From: Gammaproteobacteria bacterium
GTDB lineage: Bacteria; Pseudomonadota; Gammaproteobacteria; Ga0077536
DNA length: 64,000 bases
Assembly: GCA_019747795.1 (NCBI GenBank)
Contig: JAIEQK010000011.1
Coordinates: 7,737-71,736, forward strand
Direction of reading: 5' to 3'
Shown: positions 9,882 to 18,570 of the stretch, in pieces
How positions within the stretch are numbered: the stretch's first letter is position 1
Layout of the letters: every line of letters begins with the position of its first letter
The notes under the pieces: generated by a model
What the model saw: the letters and a program-made list of their open reading frames with translations, nothing else
Databases searched by the model: none
Told to the model about the DNA's origin: nothing
Position numbers and translations under genes: made by a program

Positions 9882-11749
9882 ACGAATCCCTGCGTCTGCG
9901 GCCCGCCACGCCGGCCGACTGGCCGATGATCGCGAGCTTGCTGGAATGCGAGCAGCTGCCCCTGGCCGGCGCGCGCGAACACCTGGCCACCTTCGTGGTG
10001 GCGGTCCTGGACGACCGCGTGGTGGGCGTGGCCGGCGCCGAAGTCCATGGCGATGTGGCCCTGCTGCGTTCGGTGGCGGTGGAGAAGGGGATGCAAGGTC
10101 GCGGCATCGGCCGGCGCATGGTCGAGCTGATGCTGAGTGAGGCCGCGCGCCGCGACATCGTCGAGGTGTATCTCCTCACCACTGGCGCCGCCGAGTACTT
10201 TCCGCGCTTCGGTTTCAGCCCGCGCGAGCGCGCGAGCGCGCCCGCCGCGCTGGCGGCCTCCGCGGAGTTCCAGGGCGCCTGCCCGGACTCGGCGGCGCTG
10301 CTCGGTCTGCGCCTGCGCGATCGAGTGATGCCGAGCGGCGAGCTGCCGGTTGCCGTAATCGGCGCCGGGCCGGTGGGGCTGGCCGCGGTGGCGCGCCTGC
10401 TCGAACGCGGCATCGAGCCCCTGGTGTTCGAAGCGGGCGCCACCGTGGCCGCGAGCTACGTCGACTTCGGTCACGTGCGTCTGTTCTCGCCCTGGCGCGC
10501 GAACATCGACCCGTGCATGGCCGCGATGCTCGAGGCCCGCGGCTGGACGCCGCCGCCCAGTGAAGATCTGCCGCTCGCGAGCGAGGTCGTGAGCGGCGTG
10601 CTGGAACCCTTTGCCGCGCTGCCGGAAGTGGCGCGCAGCCTGCACCTGCAAAGCAAGGTGGTGGCCATTACGCGCGAGGGCCATGACAAGGTGCAGAGCG
10701 CAGGCCGCGAGGCCGCGCCCTTCGTCCTGCGCGTCGAGCGCGACGGTGTCGTGCAGGAGTTTCGCGCACGCGCCGTGATCGACGCGAGCGGCACCTGGCA
10801 GTCGCCGAATCCGCTGGGCGGGAACGGCCTGCCGGCGCTGGGCGAAGAGCAGCTGGCGACTTTCATCCACTACGGCATTCCGGACGTGCTCGGCAGCGCG
10901 CGAGCGCGCTATGCCGGCAAGCGCACGCTGGTGGTCGGCGCCGGTCACTCCGCGGCGAACAGCCTGCTCGCCCTGGCCGAACTGGCGCGCGAAGCGCCGG
11001 GCACGCGTTTCGTGTGGGCGGTGCGCTCCGAGTCGCTCGCCCGCGTGTTCGGCGGCGGCGCGGCCGATGGCCTGCCGGCGCGCGGCCAGCTTGGCCAGGC
11101 GCTGAAGGCGCTTCGCGACTCGGGCCAGATGGAGTTCGTGAGCGGCGTACGTATCGACGCCATGGAACGCGACGGCAAGGCCTTGCGCGTGCGCGGCCGA
11201 CGGGTCCGTGGCGAGACGGTGGACATCGCGGGCATCGACGAGATCATCTGCGCCACCGGTCAGCGACCCGATCTCGGCATGACGCGCGAACTGCGCCTGG
11301 CGCTCGACCCCTGGCTGGAATCGGTCCAGGCCCTCGGGCCGCTGATCGATCCCAACCTGCACAGCTGCGGCTCGGTGCGCCCCCACGGGCACCGCGAGCT
11401 GTCGCACCCGGAAGCGGGCTTCTACACCGTCGGCGTGAAGAGCTACGGCCGCGCGCCGACCTTCCTGATGATGACCGGCTTCGAACAGGTGCGCTCGGTG
11501 GTGGCGGCCTTGGCGGGCGACCTCGCGGCCGCCGACCGGCTGGAGCTCGAACTCCCCGAGACCGGCGTGTGCTCGGTCAGCGCCGATCTCGACCTGGGTG
11601 CGGGCAGCGCCTGTTGTGGGACGAGCGAGGTCGAGATCCCGGCGCCCTCGGCCAGCGCCTGCTGCGCGGCGCCCTCGGCATCGATGCCAGCGGCCGAGAG
11701 CGCCTGCTGCGCGAAGCCGGTCGCCAAGCCTGCGGCCTGCTGCGGCTGA
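9872..11749 (+). CDS. Fusion: ArsN2-like GNAT acetyltransferase + FAD/NAD(P)H-dependent oxidoreductase (ArsV/ArsO-like) + Cys-rich tail
   Basis: RBS AAGGAG. GNAT: LLRSVAV..QGRGIG..YLLTT..SAEFQGACP. Oxidoreductase: VIGAGPVGL, VVGAGHSA, DPNLHSCGSVRPHG, KSYGRAPTFL. Four ACC repeats in tail. Confidence 0.85.
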   Translation: MLLNESLRLRPATPADWPMIASLLECEQLPLAGAREHLATFVVAVLDDRVVGVAGAEVHGDVALLRSVAVEKGMQGRGIGRRMVELMLSEAARRDIVEVYLLTTGAAEYFPRFGFSPRERASAPAALAASAEFQGACPDSAALLGLRLRDRVMPSGELPVAVIGAGPVGLAAVARLLERGIEPLVFEAGATVAASYVDFGHVRLFSPWRANIDPCMAAMLEARGWTPPPSEDLPLASEVVSGVLEPFAALPEVARSLHLQSKVVAITREGHDKVQSAGREAAPFVLRVERDGVVQEFRARAVIDASGTWQSPNPLGGNGLPALGEEQLATFIHYGIPDVLGSARARYAGKRTLVVGAGHSAANSLLALAELAREAPGTRFVWAVRSESLARVFGGGAADGLPARGQLGQALKALRDSGQMEFVSGVRIDAMERDGKALRVRGRRVRGETVDIAGIDEIICATGQRPDLGMTRELRLALDPWLESVQALGPLIDPNLHSCGSVRPHGHRELSHPEAGFYTVGVKSYGRAPTFLMMTGFEQVRSVVAALAGDLAAADRLELELPETGVCSVSADLDLGAGSACCGTSEVEIPAPSASACCAAPSASMPAAESACCAKPVAKPAACCG

Positions 11750-11758
11750 GACGCGTCG

Positions 11759-12946
11759 ATGTCGCGCACCGCGACCGTGGTCGTGCTCGGCATCGGCCAG
11801 ACGCTGGGTTGGGGCTCGACCTACTACCTGCCCGCGGTGCTGGCCGCGCCGATGGCCCAGGAACTGGGCGTGCCGACCGCGATGGTCTACGCGGCGTTCT
11901 CCGCGTCGCTGGTTCTGTCCGCCCTGGTCGGTCCGCTGGCCGGGCGTCTCATCGACGCCCACGGCGGACGCGGACTGCTGATGGCGACCAACGTAGTCTT
12001 CGCGCTGGGCCTCGCCGCGCTCGGCGCCGCGCAGGGCGTGCTCTCGCTGTTCGCGGCCTGGGCGGTGCTCGGCATCGGCATGGGCAGTGGGCTCTACGAG
12101 GCGGCGTTCGCCACCGTGGTCAGGCTGTGGCGCTACGAATCGCGCAACGCCATCACCGGCATCACGCTCATCGCGGGCTTCGCCAGCACCGTGGCCTGGC
12201 CGCTCAGCGCCTGGCTGAACGCGGAGTTCGGTTGGCGCATCGCGTGTCTCGCCTGGGCGGGGCTGCATCTCGGCGTCGCCTTGCCCTTGCACATGCGCGT
12301 GCCGCGTCCTTCGGCGGACGAGGCGCCAGCCGAGCAGAGCGCCGCGTCGACGCCGACGTCGGAGCACCGCTCCACACCTGAACTGCTGCCCGCCAATCCC
12401 ACCGTCACCGCGGCCGTGCTCGGCTACGTGTTCGCCGTCACCTGGTTCATCGCCACCGCGATGGCGGCCCATCTGCCGCGCATGCTCGAGGCGGCCGGCG
12501 CGAGCGTGACGCTGGCGGTGGCGGCGGGCGCCTTGATCGGCCCGGCCCAGGTGGGCGCGCGATTGCTGGAGTTCAGCCTGCTGCGCCACATCTCCCCGCT
12601 GTTCTCCGCCAGGCTCGCGGCCCTGGCCCATCCGCTCGGCGCGCTGGTGCTGCTGTTCGGCGGAGGCGCCTACGCCGCCGCGTTCACGGTGCTGCACGGC
12701 GCGGGTAACGGCATCCTGACCATCGCCAAGGGCACCTTGCCGCTGGTGTTCTTCGGCCCGGATGGCTACGGCGCCCGCCAGGGCTGGCTGATGCTGCCGG
12801 CGCGGGTCGCGCAGGCCGTCGCGCCACTTGCCTTCAGCCTGGCCCTGGACGGACTGGGTGGCCAGGTGGCCTGGTTGTCCGGTGGACTCGCGACCAGTGC
12901 GCTGCTGGCGCTGCTGGTGCTCAGACCGCCCGTGCGGCGCCTATGA
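11759..12946 (+). CDS. MFS transporter, ArsK-like
   Basis: About 12 TM; QTLGWGSTYYLPAVLA, GLYEAAFA, ITLIAGFASTVAWP; within ars operon. Confidence 0.8.
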   Translation: MSRTATVVVLGIGQTLGWGSTYYLPAVLAAPMAQELGVPTAMVYAAFSASLVLSALVGPLAGRLIDAHGGRGLLMATNVVFALGLAALGAAQGVLSLFAAWAVLGIGMGSGLYEAAFATVVRLWRYESRNAITGITLIAGFASTVAWPLSAWLNAEFGWRIACLAWAGLHLGVALPLHMRVPRPSADEAPAEQSAASTPTSEHRSTPELLPANPTVTAAVLGYVFAVTWFIATAMAAHLPRMLEAAGASVTLAVAAGALIGPAQVGARLLEFSLLRHISPLFSARLAALAHPLGALVLLFGGGAYAAAFTVLHGAGNGILTIAKGTLPLVFFGPDGYGARQGWLMLPARVAQAVAPLAFSLALDGLGGQVAWLSGGLATSALLALLVLRPPVRRL

Positions 12947-13060
12947 ATACGTCGAGTGACCCATGCGCGTCTCGCGCCGTCCACGGCAGCGCGGAACCCC
13001 ACACGGGCTGTCTCCCACAACCATCACCATCACCCTGAACCTTCAACCGAGGATAGACAC

Positions 13061-13339
13061 ATGAGCACTCTCTCCATGCGCGATCGCGAACTCGTGGCGC
13101 TGGGCGCCGCGCTGGCCAGCAACTGCATCCCCTGCATCGAGTTCCACGTGCCCGCCGCCCGCAAGGCCGGCCTGAGCGACGCCGACATCGCCGAAGCCAT
13201 CGCGCTGGCCGACAAGATCCGCAAGGTCCCGGCGGACAAGGCGCTCGATGCCGCGCACGCGCAGCTGGGCGCGGCGCCGGCCGTGGCTGGCAGCGCCTGT
13301 TGCGCGCCCTCGGCAGAGCCGGGCAAGGCGTGTTGTTGA
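13061..13339 (+). CDS. Carboxymuconolactone decarboxylase/AhpD-like protein with CxxC and CC tail
   Basis: RELVALGAALASNCIPCIEFH...GLSDADIAEAI; RBS GAGGA. Confidence 0.85.
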   Translation: MSTLSMRDRELVALGAALASNCIPCIEFHVPAARKAGLSDADIAEAIALADKIRKVPADKALDAAHAQLGAAPAVAGSACCAPSAEPGKACC

Positions 13340-13345
13340 GCGCGC

Positions 13346-13374
13346 GGCCCGGCCGTCCGCGGGGCGGCCGGGCC
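13346..13374. other. GC-rich hairpin between the CMD and ECF sigma genes
   Basis: GGCCCGGCCGTCC-GCG-GGGCGGCCGGGCC, no U-tract. Confidence 0.5.
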
Positions 13375-13391
13375 CATGGAGGACCGCGTCC

Positions 13392-14030
13392 ATGAACGAT
13401 TCGCCGAGCATCGAACTCGACTTCGATGTCATCGCGCGCGAGCAGTCTCCCGCGCTGCTGCGCTATCTGCGCCGACGTGTCGGGGACCACGCCGACGCCG
13501 CCGATCTCTTGCAGGAGACGCTGATCAAGGCGAGCCGTGGTCTCGGCAGCTTCGCCGGCCGCGCGTCGCTGCAGACCTGGCTGTTGGCCATCGCCCGCAA
13601 TGTCGCCAACGATTTCCTGCGCAGACCCGAGCGCCGTCACTCGTTCGTTGCGGTGGAGGAGGCCATCGAGGTGGAGGACGGCGCACTCGGCGTCGAGCAG
13701 CGCATGGAAGCCGACGAGACGAATCTTTGCGTGCGCGAAGTCATCGACAGCCTGACGCCGGACTACCGCGCGGCGCTCATCCTCCACGACCTGGAAGGTC
13801 TGGATTGCGAGCAGACCGCCGAAGTCGTGGGTGGCAGCGTGGGCGCGGTCAAGGTGCGCCTCCACCGCGCGCGCCTGCGTCTCAAGTCCGTGCTCGAGCG
13901 CAGGTGCGGCTTCTATCGAGACAGCGACAGCGTGCTGCGCTGTGAGCGACGGGACGTGTCGTCGATCCCCGCGGGTGGAGCAGCCGACCGGTCGCCAACG
14001 CCTCCGCGCGCGTTGGGCGTATTTCTGTAA
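13392..14030 (+). CDS. ECF-subfamily RNA polymerase sigma factor with C-terminal cysteines
   Basis: Region 2 DAADLLQETLIKA..F.GRASLQTWLLAIARN; region 4 LHDLEGL..EQTAEVVG.SVGAVKVRLHRAR; RRCGFYRD..LRCE tail. Confidence 0.9.
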   Translation: MNDSPSIELDFDVIAREQSPALLRYLRRRVGDHADAADLLQETLIKASRGLGSFAGRASLQTWLLAIARNVANDFLRRPERRHSFVAVEEAIEVEDGALGVEQRMEADETNLCVREVIDSLTPDYRAALILHDLEGLDCEQTAEVVGGSVGAVKVRLHRARLRLKSVLERRCGFYRDSDSVLRCERRDVSSIPAGGAADRSPTPPRALGVFL

Positions 14031-14054
14031 CTCCTGTGGCGTTGCTCGCGTCTA
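14027..14054 (+). promoter_or_regulatory. Candidate ECF sigma promoter GTAAC-N17-CGTCTA
   Basis: Matches the common ECF -35 (AAC) / -10 (CGTC) architecture; overlaps the ECF gene stop codon; 40 nt upstream of the next ORF. Confidence 0.6.
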
Positions 14055-14093
14055 TCTGTCCAGGGCGCTCGATCGCGATCAACGAGGTCGAGC

Positions 14094-14291
14094 ATGACGG
14101 AGGCAGAGAAGATGAGGGCCATTCGAATGGAATACGTTATGAGAATTCGTCGCCGCGTACTTGGCTTGCTTGCACGGGCGCGAGCGCGCATCGCTCACCT
14201 GTGCGGAAGGATGTCGGCCTGCTGCGCGGGCCGGGGTTGCATCTCGACCGCCGCGCACGGTGATACCCCGACCGGGAGCACGCGCACATGA
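14094..14291 (+). CDS. Small basic Cys-rich protein (SACC motif), hypothetical
   Basis: RBS GAGG; ATGA overlap with next ORF; carries the SACC motif seen elsewhere in the island. Confidence 0.4.
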   Translation: MTEAEKMRAIRMEYVMRIRRRVLGLLARARARIAHLCGRMSACCAGRGCISTAAHGDTPTGSTRT

Positions 14292-14440
14292 GCGCCGAGC
14301 TCGAGAAACGCCGAGACGAGGCGCTGGTCAGCGTCGCCTGGCTGGCGGACAACCTCGATCGACCGGGCCAGCGCATCGTCGACATGCGCAAGGGCGATGG
14401 CTATGACGCTGCCCACATACCCGGGGCCGTCAGCCGATGA
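14288..14440 (+). pseudogene. Truncated rhodanese/sulfurtransferase N-terminal fragment (50 aa)
   Basis: Hand translation MSAELEKRRDEALVSVAWLADNLDRPGQRIVDMRKGDGYDAAHIPGAVSR*; LVSxxWL..L....RIVDxR and HIPGAV rhodanese signature. Confidence 0.75.
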
Positions 14441-15216
14441 CTACCCGTGTAATCCTGTCCGGGCGTGACGCCGAACTGGTCGCTCAGGTTCGTAGGCGCC
14501 TGGCGGCAGCGTGTGACGGTCGAGGGGGCATGACGATTGAGGTGGCATCCGCCGCCGGCGCATCCTGCGATCTCTGGATCGCGTTGGACCCCGGCGCGGA
14601 CGGCCCGCCGGCGCCGCCGCTGCGGCCACGCTACGTCGATTGGTCGTTGCTTGGTGGCTGGTGGGCGAGCAACCGACAGGCGCATGCCGATCCCAGCGCC
14701 GCGTACGCCGCGCTGGACGCGCTGCTGCAGCCGCGTATCGCCGTGCTGCTTGCGCTGCTGCCGGTGCCGGGCGGACCCGCCGCCGCGGAATTCCACGCCA
14801 GCCTGCGCGTGCAGGACCTGCCGCGCAGCGTGGCCTTCTACGCCTGGCTGCTCGACACCTGGCCGCGGGAGTGGACACACCGCTATGCGACCTTCATCCG
14901 GCCGGATCTCGCGCTCAACTTCGTGCTGATGGTCGCCGACGGCAACGCGCTTCACCACGACACGCTGTATCACCTCGGGATCGCGCTGCCGGATCGGGCC
15001 GCGGTCATCGATGCCTATCACCGCGCGCGCGCTTTCGGCGCCTGCATCTCGAAGCCGCCGCGCACGACCTGGCGGGGAACGCCACTGCACGAACTGTGGC
15101 TGGAGGATCCCGACGGTACGCTGATCGAGATCTATGCGCGCCTGACGCCCGCGGAACTGGCCGACATGCCGGCGGACCAGGCGCCGGTGTTCCTGGTGCC
15201 CGGCACGGCGCCGTGA
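14437..15216 (+). CDS. VOC/glyoxalase (ArsI/CadI-like) domain with an N-terminal degenerate LMW-PTP/ArsC-like domain
   Basis: FHASLRVQDLPRSVAFY, YHLGI, WLEDPDGTLIEIY; N-terminal 110 aa align by eye to the local ArsC. Confidence 0.7.
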   Translation: MTTRVILSGRDAELVAQVRRRLAAACDGRGGMTIEVASAAGASCDLWIALDPGADGPPAPPLRPRYVDWSLLGGWWASNRQAHADPSAAYAALDALLQPRIAVLLALLPVPGGPAAAEFHASLRVQDLPRSVAFYAWLLDTWPREWTHRYATFIRPDLALNFVLMVADGNALHHDTLYHLGIALPDRAAVIDAYHRARAFGACISKPPRTTWRGTPLHELWLEDPDGTLIEIYARLTPAELADMPADQAPVFLVPGTAP

Positions 15217-15253
15217 GCGCGAGGGGCGCCCGTCGTCGGGCGCCCAGGTGAGA

Positions 15254-16306
15254 TCAGGCCGTCCGCAAGCCGCGCTCGTACCACTGCTTGGAGCGATTCA
15301 CGACGCGCACCACCAGCAGCATCACCGGGACTTCGATCAGCACGCCCACCACGGTCGCGAGCGCCGCGCCGGACTCGAAGCCGAACAGGCTGATGGCGGC
15401 CGCGACCGCCAGTTCGAAGAAGTTCGATGCGCCGATCAGGGCCGATGGACAGGCCACGTCATGGGACTCGCCCAACGCGCGGTTCAGCCCATAGGCCAGC
15501 GCCGAGTTGAACAGCACCTGCAACAGTATCGGTACCGCGAGCAGGGCGATCACCAGCGGCTGATCGAGGATGGCCTTGCCCTGGAAAGCGAACAGCAGCA
15601 CCAGCGTCGCGAGCAGCGCGGTGATCGACCAGGGACCGATGCGTTCCATCGCGGCGTCGAAGGCCGCCTGGCCGCCGGCCAGCAGGCGTCGGCGCCACGC
15701 TTGCGCCAGCAGCACCGGGATGACGATGTACAGCACGACCGACGTGAGCAAGGTCGCCCATGGCACGGTGATGGACGAGATGCCGAGCAGGAGCGCGACG
15801 ATGGGCGCGAAGGCGAACACCATGACGGTGTCGTTCAAGGCCACCTGCGAAAGCGTGAACAGCGGATGGCCATTGGTGAGACGGCTCCACACGAACACCA
15901 TCGCCGTGCAGGGCGCGGCCGCCAGCAGGATGAGGCCGGCGATGTAGCTGTCCAACTGCTCTGCCGGCAGCCAGGGCGCGAACAGGCCGCGAATGAACAC
16001 CCAGCCGAGCAGCGCCATCGAGAACGGCTTCACCAGCCAGTTCACGAACAGCGTCACGCCTATGCCTTTCATGTGTCGGCGCACTTCGTGCAGCGCGCCG
16101 AAGTCCACCTTCACCAGCATCGGGATGATCATCACCCAGATGAGCAGGCCCACTGGCAGGTTGACCTGCGCGAACTCGAGCCGGCCGATGGCCTGGAACA
16201 GGCTGGGCAGCGCCTGGCCGGCGCCGATGCCGACCAGGATGCAGAGAAACACCCACAGCGTCAGGTAGCGCTCGAAGATGCTCATGGGTGCGGGGGCAGT
16301 GCTCAC
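15254..16306 (-). CDS. acr3: Acr3-family arsenite efflux transporter
   Basis: FERYLTLWV, NWLVKPFSM, AAPCTAMVFVWS, GASNFFELAVA, VLIEVPVML. Confidence 0.95.
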   Translation of the reverse strand: MSTAPAPMSIFERYLTLWVFLCILVGIGAGQALPSLFQAIGRLEFAQVNLPVGLLIWVMIIPMLVKVDFGALHEVRRHMKGIGVTLFVNWLVKPFSMALLGWVFIRGLFAPWLPAEQLDSYIAGLILLAAAPCTAMVFVWSRLTNGHPLFTLSQVALNDTVMVFAFAPIVALLLGISSITVPWATLLTSVVLYIVIPVLLAQAWRRRLLAGGQAAFDAAMERIGPWSITALLATLVLLFAFQGKAILDQPLVIALLAVPILLQVLFNSALAYGLNRALGESHDVACPSALIGASNFFELAVAAAISLFGFESGAALATVVGVLIEVPVMLLVVRVVNRSKQWYERGLRTA

Positions 16307-16340
16307 GAGGGGGACTCCATTGGTGCGTGTGGTCGAATGA

Positions 16341-18113
16341 CTATGGCGCGTCCGCGCCGTGGGTGGCCAGCCGTCGCAGGCGTTCGACGCCCACCGGCTC
16401 TTCGGTCAACAGCGGTACAACGGCGTGACGCCTGGCGTGTCGGGTGCGTACCAGGTCGATCTCGCGCAGCTCGTTGGCGGCGCGCTGGCGGAGCAGGGGC
16501 GCTTCGGGATGGCTGGCGGCGACGCAGTTGTTGATGACCCAGGCCCAGGGCTCGATGCCGGCCCGGCGCAGATCCTGCTGCAGGCTCGCGGCTTCCAGCA
16601 CCGGGGTGGTCTCCGCCAGCGTCACCAGCAGGACCTTGGTGCGGTCAGGATCCTGCAGCTGCAGCATCGGCGTGTGATAGCGCACCGACGAGCCGCTCAG
16701 CTGGCGGACGATTTCGCGGTGATAAGCGCCGGTAGCGTCGAGCAGCAGCAGTGTGTGACCCGTGGGCGCCGTGTCCATGACCACGAACTTCCTGGCCGCT
16801 TCGCGGATCACTCGCGAGAAGGCCTGGAATACCGCGATCTCCTCCGTGCAGGGCGAGCGCAGGTCTTCCTCGAGCAACGCGCGACCGTGCGCGTCGAGCT
16901 TGGCGCCCTTGGTGTCCATGACGTGCTGACGATAGCGCACGGTCTCCGCCTGTGGATCGATGCGGTCGACGGTCAGATGGGGCAACGCGCCGTCCAGCGT
17001 GTCGGCGAGGTGCGCGGCCGGGTCGGAGGTGGTCAGGTGCACGTCGTGCCCGCGCAGCGCGAGTTCGACGGCGACCGCGGCGGCGAGCGTGGTCTTGCCG
17101 ACCCCGCCCTTGCCCATCAGCATCACGAGCCCATGACCGCTCACGGCGATGTCGTCGACGAGCGAGGCCAGGCTCGGCGCCTGCAGTGGCGGCAGGGCCG
17201 GCAGCTGGGCGTCGGTCGCATCCATGGTCTCGCGCAGCAGCTGCCGCAGTGCGTCCACGCCGACGAGATTGAAGGGCTTGAGCGCGACTTCATCGCGCGG
17301 CAGTGCCTGCAGCGCTTCGGGCAGGGCGGCGAGTTCCTGTTGCTCCCGTCGGCACACGGCCTGGGCCAGAGGGTCGTCGCCTGCGCCGTCGCGCGGGTAG
17401 ACGCCGTTCACGACCAGGAACTGCTGGTCGATCCCCAGCTCGGCGAGCTCATCGTGGGTGCGGGCGGCTTCACGCAGGGTCGAGCGCTGAGCGCGGGCGA
17501 CCAGCACCATGCGCGTGCGCGTCGAGTCGGCCAGCGCCGCCACGGCAGCGCGATACTGATCGCGCTGTTTCTCCAGGCCGGCCAGCGGGCCGAGACAGGA
17601 GGCGTCGCCCTTGCCGGCGTCGAGAAAGCCGCTCCAGGCGCCCGGTAGCTGCAACAGGCGAATGGTGTGGCCGGTGGGCGCCGTGTCGAACACGATGTGC
17701 GCGTAGCGCTGCGCGAGATCGGCGCTGGTCAGCAGGCCCGTGAATTCGTCGAAGGCGGCGATCTCGGTGGTGCACGCGCCGGACAACTGCTCTTCGATGC
17801 TGCGCACGACACTTTCCGGCAGCACGCCGCGTACCGGGCCGACGATGCGATCGCGGTAGGCCTGGGCGGCGGCCTGGGGATCGATCTCGAGCGCGCTCAG
17901 GTTCGGTACCGCGGCGATGGGCGTCACGCGATTGCCGATCGCGATGTCGAACACCTGGCCGACGTTCGAGGCCGGATCGGTGCTGACCAGCAGCACCGCC
18001 TTGCCGCGACCGGCGAGTTCCACCGCCGTCGCGCACGCCAGGGAGGTCTTGCCGACGCCGCCCTTGCCGGTGAAGAAGAGGAAGATCGGCGGCGACTGCA
18101 GAAAGCGGAACAT
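16341..18113 (-). CDS. arsA: Arsenical pump-driving ATPase
   Basis: Two GKGGVGKT Walker A motifs; two DTAPTGH; Cys in SGACTTE, ASCLGP, SPCTEE. Confidence 0.97.
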   Translation of the reverse strand: MFRFLQSPPIFLFFTGKGGVGKTSLACATAVELAGRGKAVLLVSTDPASNVGQVFDIAIGNRVTPIAAVPNLSALEIDPQAAAQAYRDRIVGPVRGVLPESVVRSIEEQLSGACTTEIAAFDEFTGLLTSADLAQRYAHIVFDTAPTGHTIRLLQLPGAWSGFLDAGKGDASCLGPLAGLEKQRDQYRAAVAALADSTRTRMVLVARAQRSTLREAARTHDELAELGIDQQFLVVNGVYPRDGAGDDPLAQAVCRREQQELAALPEALQALPRDEVALKPFNLVGVDALRQLLRETMDATDAQLPALPPLQAPSLASLVDDIAVSGHGLVMLMGKGGVGKTTLAAAVAVELALRGHDVHLTTSDPAAHLADTLDGALPHLTVDRIDPQAETVRYRQHVMDTKGAKLDAHGRALLEEDLRSPCTEEIAVFQAFSRVIREAARKFVVMDTAPTGHTLLLLDATGAYHREIVRQLSGSSVRYHTPMLQLQDPDRTKVLLVTLAETTPVLEAASLQQDLRRAGIEPWAWVINNCVAASHPEAPLLRQRAANELREIDLVRTRHARRHAVVPLLTEEPVGVERLRRLATHGADAP

Positions 18114-18127
18114 GGCTCGCGCGCGTT

Positions 18128-18493
18128 TCAGCAGCACTGCTCGCCGCTGCAGCACGCGCCGGCGCCGGGCGCGGACGGCGCATCGCCCTGACGAGCCCAG
18201 CGCGCGAGCTCGGTGCGGCTCGGATAACGACCGTTCAAAACCGCCTCGCCATCCACGAGGACGAGCGGCAGGCCGGCCTCGCCACTGGCATGCAGAAAGG
18301 CGCTGACGACCGGGTTGTTCGCGAAATCGAGCGGCGCCTGGGCGAGATTGTGGCGTTGGACATCGACGCCCTGGCTGCGCGCCCATTCGAGGTCGGCAGC
18401 GAAATAGAGCAGGGCTTCGTCGACGTCGACGCCGCATACACCGCTCGCACAGCACAGGGCCGGGTCGTAGATGTCGATGACAGGCACGGTCAC
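18128..18493 (-). CDS. arsD: Arsenite metallochaperone
   Basis: YDPALCCASGVCG; GRYPSR; C-terminal CC pairs. Confidence 0.95.
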   Translation of the reverse strand: MTVPVIDIYDPALCCASGVCGVDVDEALLYFAADLEWARSQGVDVQRHNLAQAPLDFANNPVVSAFLHASGEAGLPLVLVDGEAVLNGRYPSRTELARWARQGDAPSAPGAGACCSGEQCC

Positions 18494-18570
18494 TCCTCTC
18501 GTTCAGGTCTCGCCCCATCGGGCGGTGCAGTGGGACAACATGCGTCCTGCGCGGAACGGCGCGGACCTCG

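Noticed and set aside
9386..12697. 1103-aa minus-strand ORF and many other long antisense or alternate-frame ORFs
   Set aside because: Shadow ORFs of GC-rich coding sequence: Arg/Gly/Ala-rich, no motifs, overlapping well-supported genes.
12956..13060. In-frame His-rich extension (HNHHHHP) on the CMD protein
   Set aside because: A good RBS precedes ATG 13061 and none is evident for GTG 12956; unsupported without proteomics.
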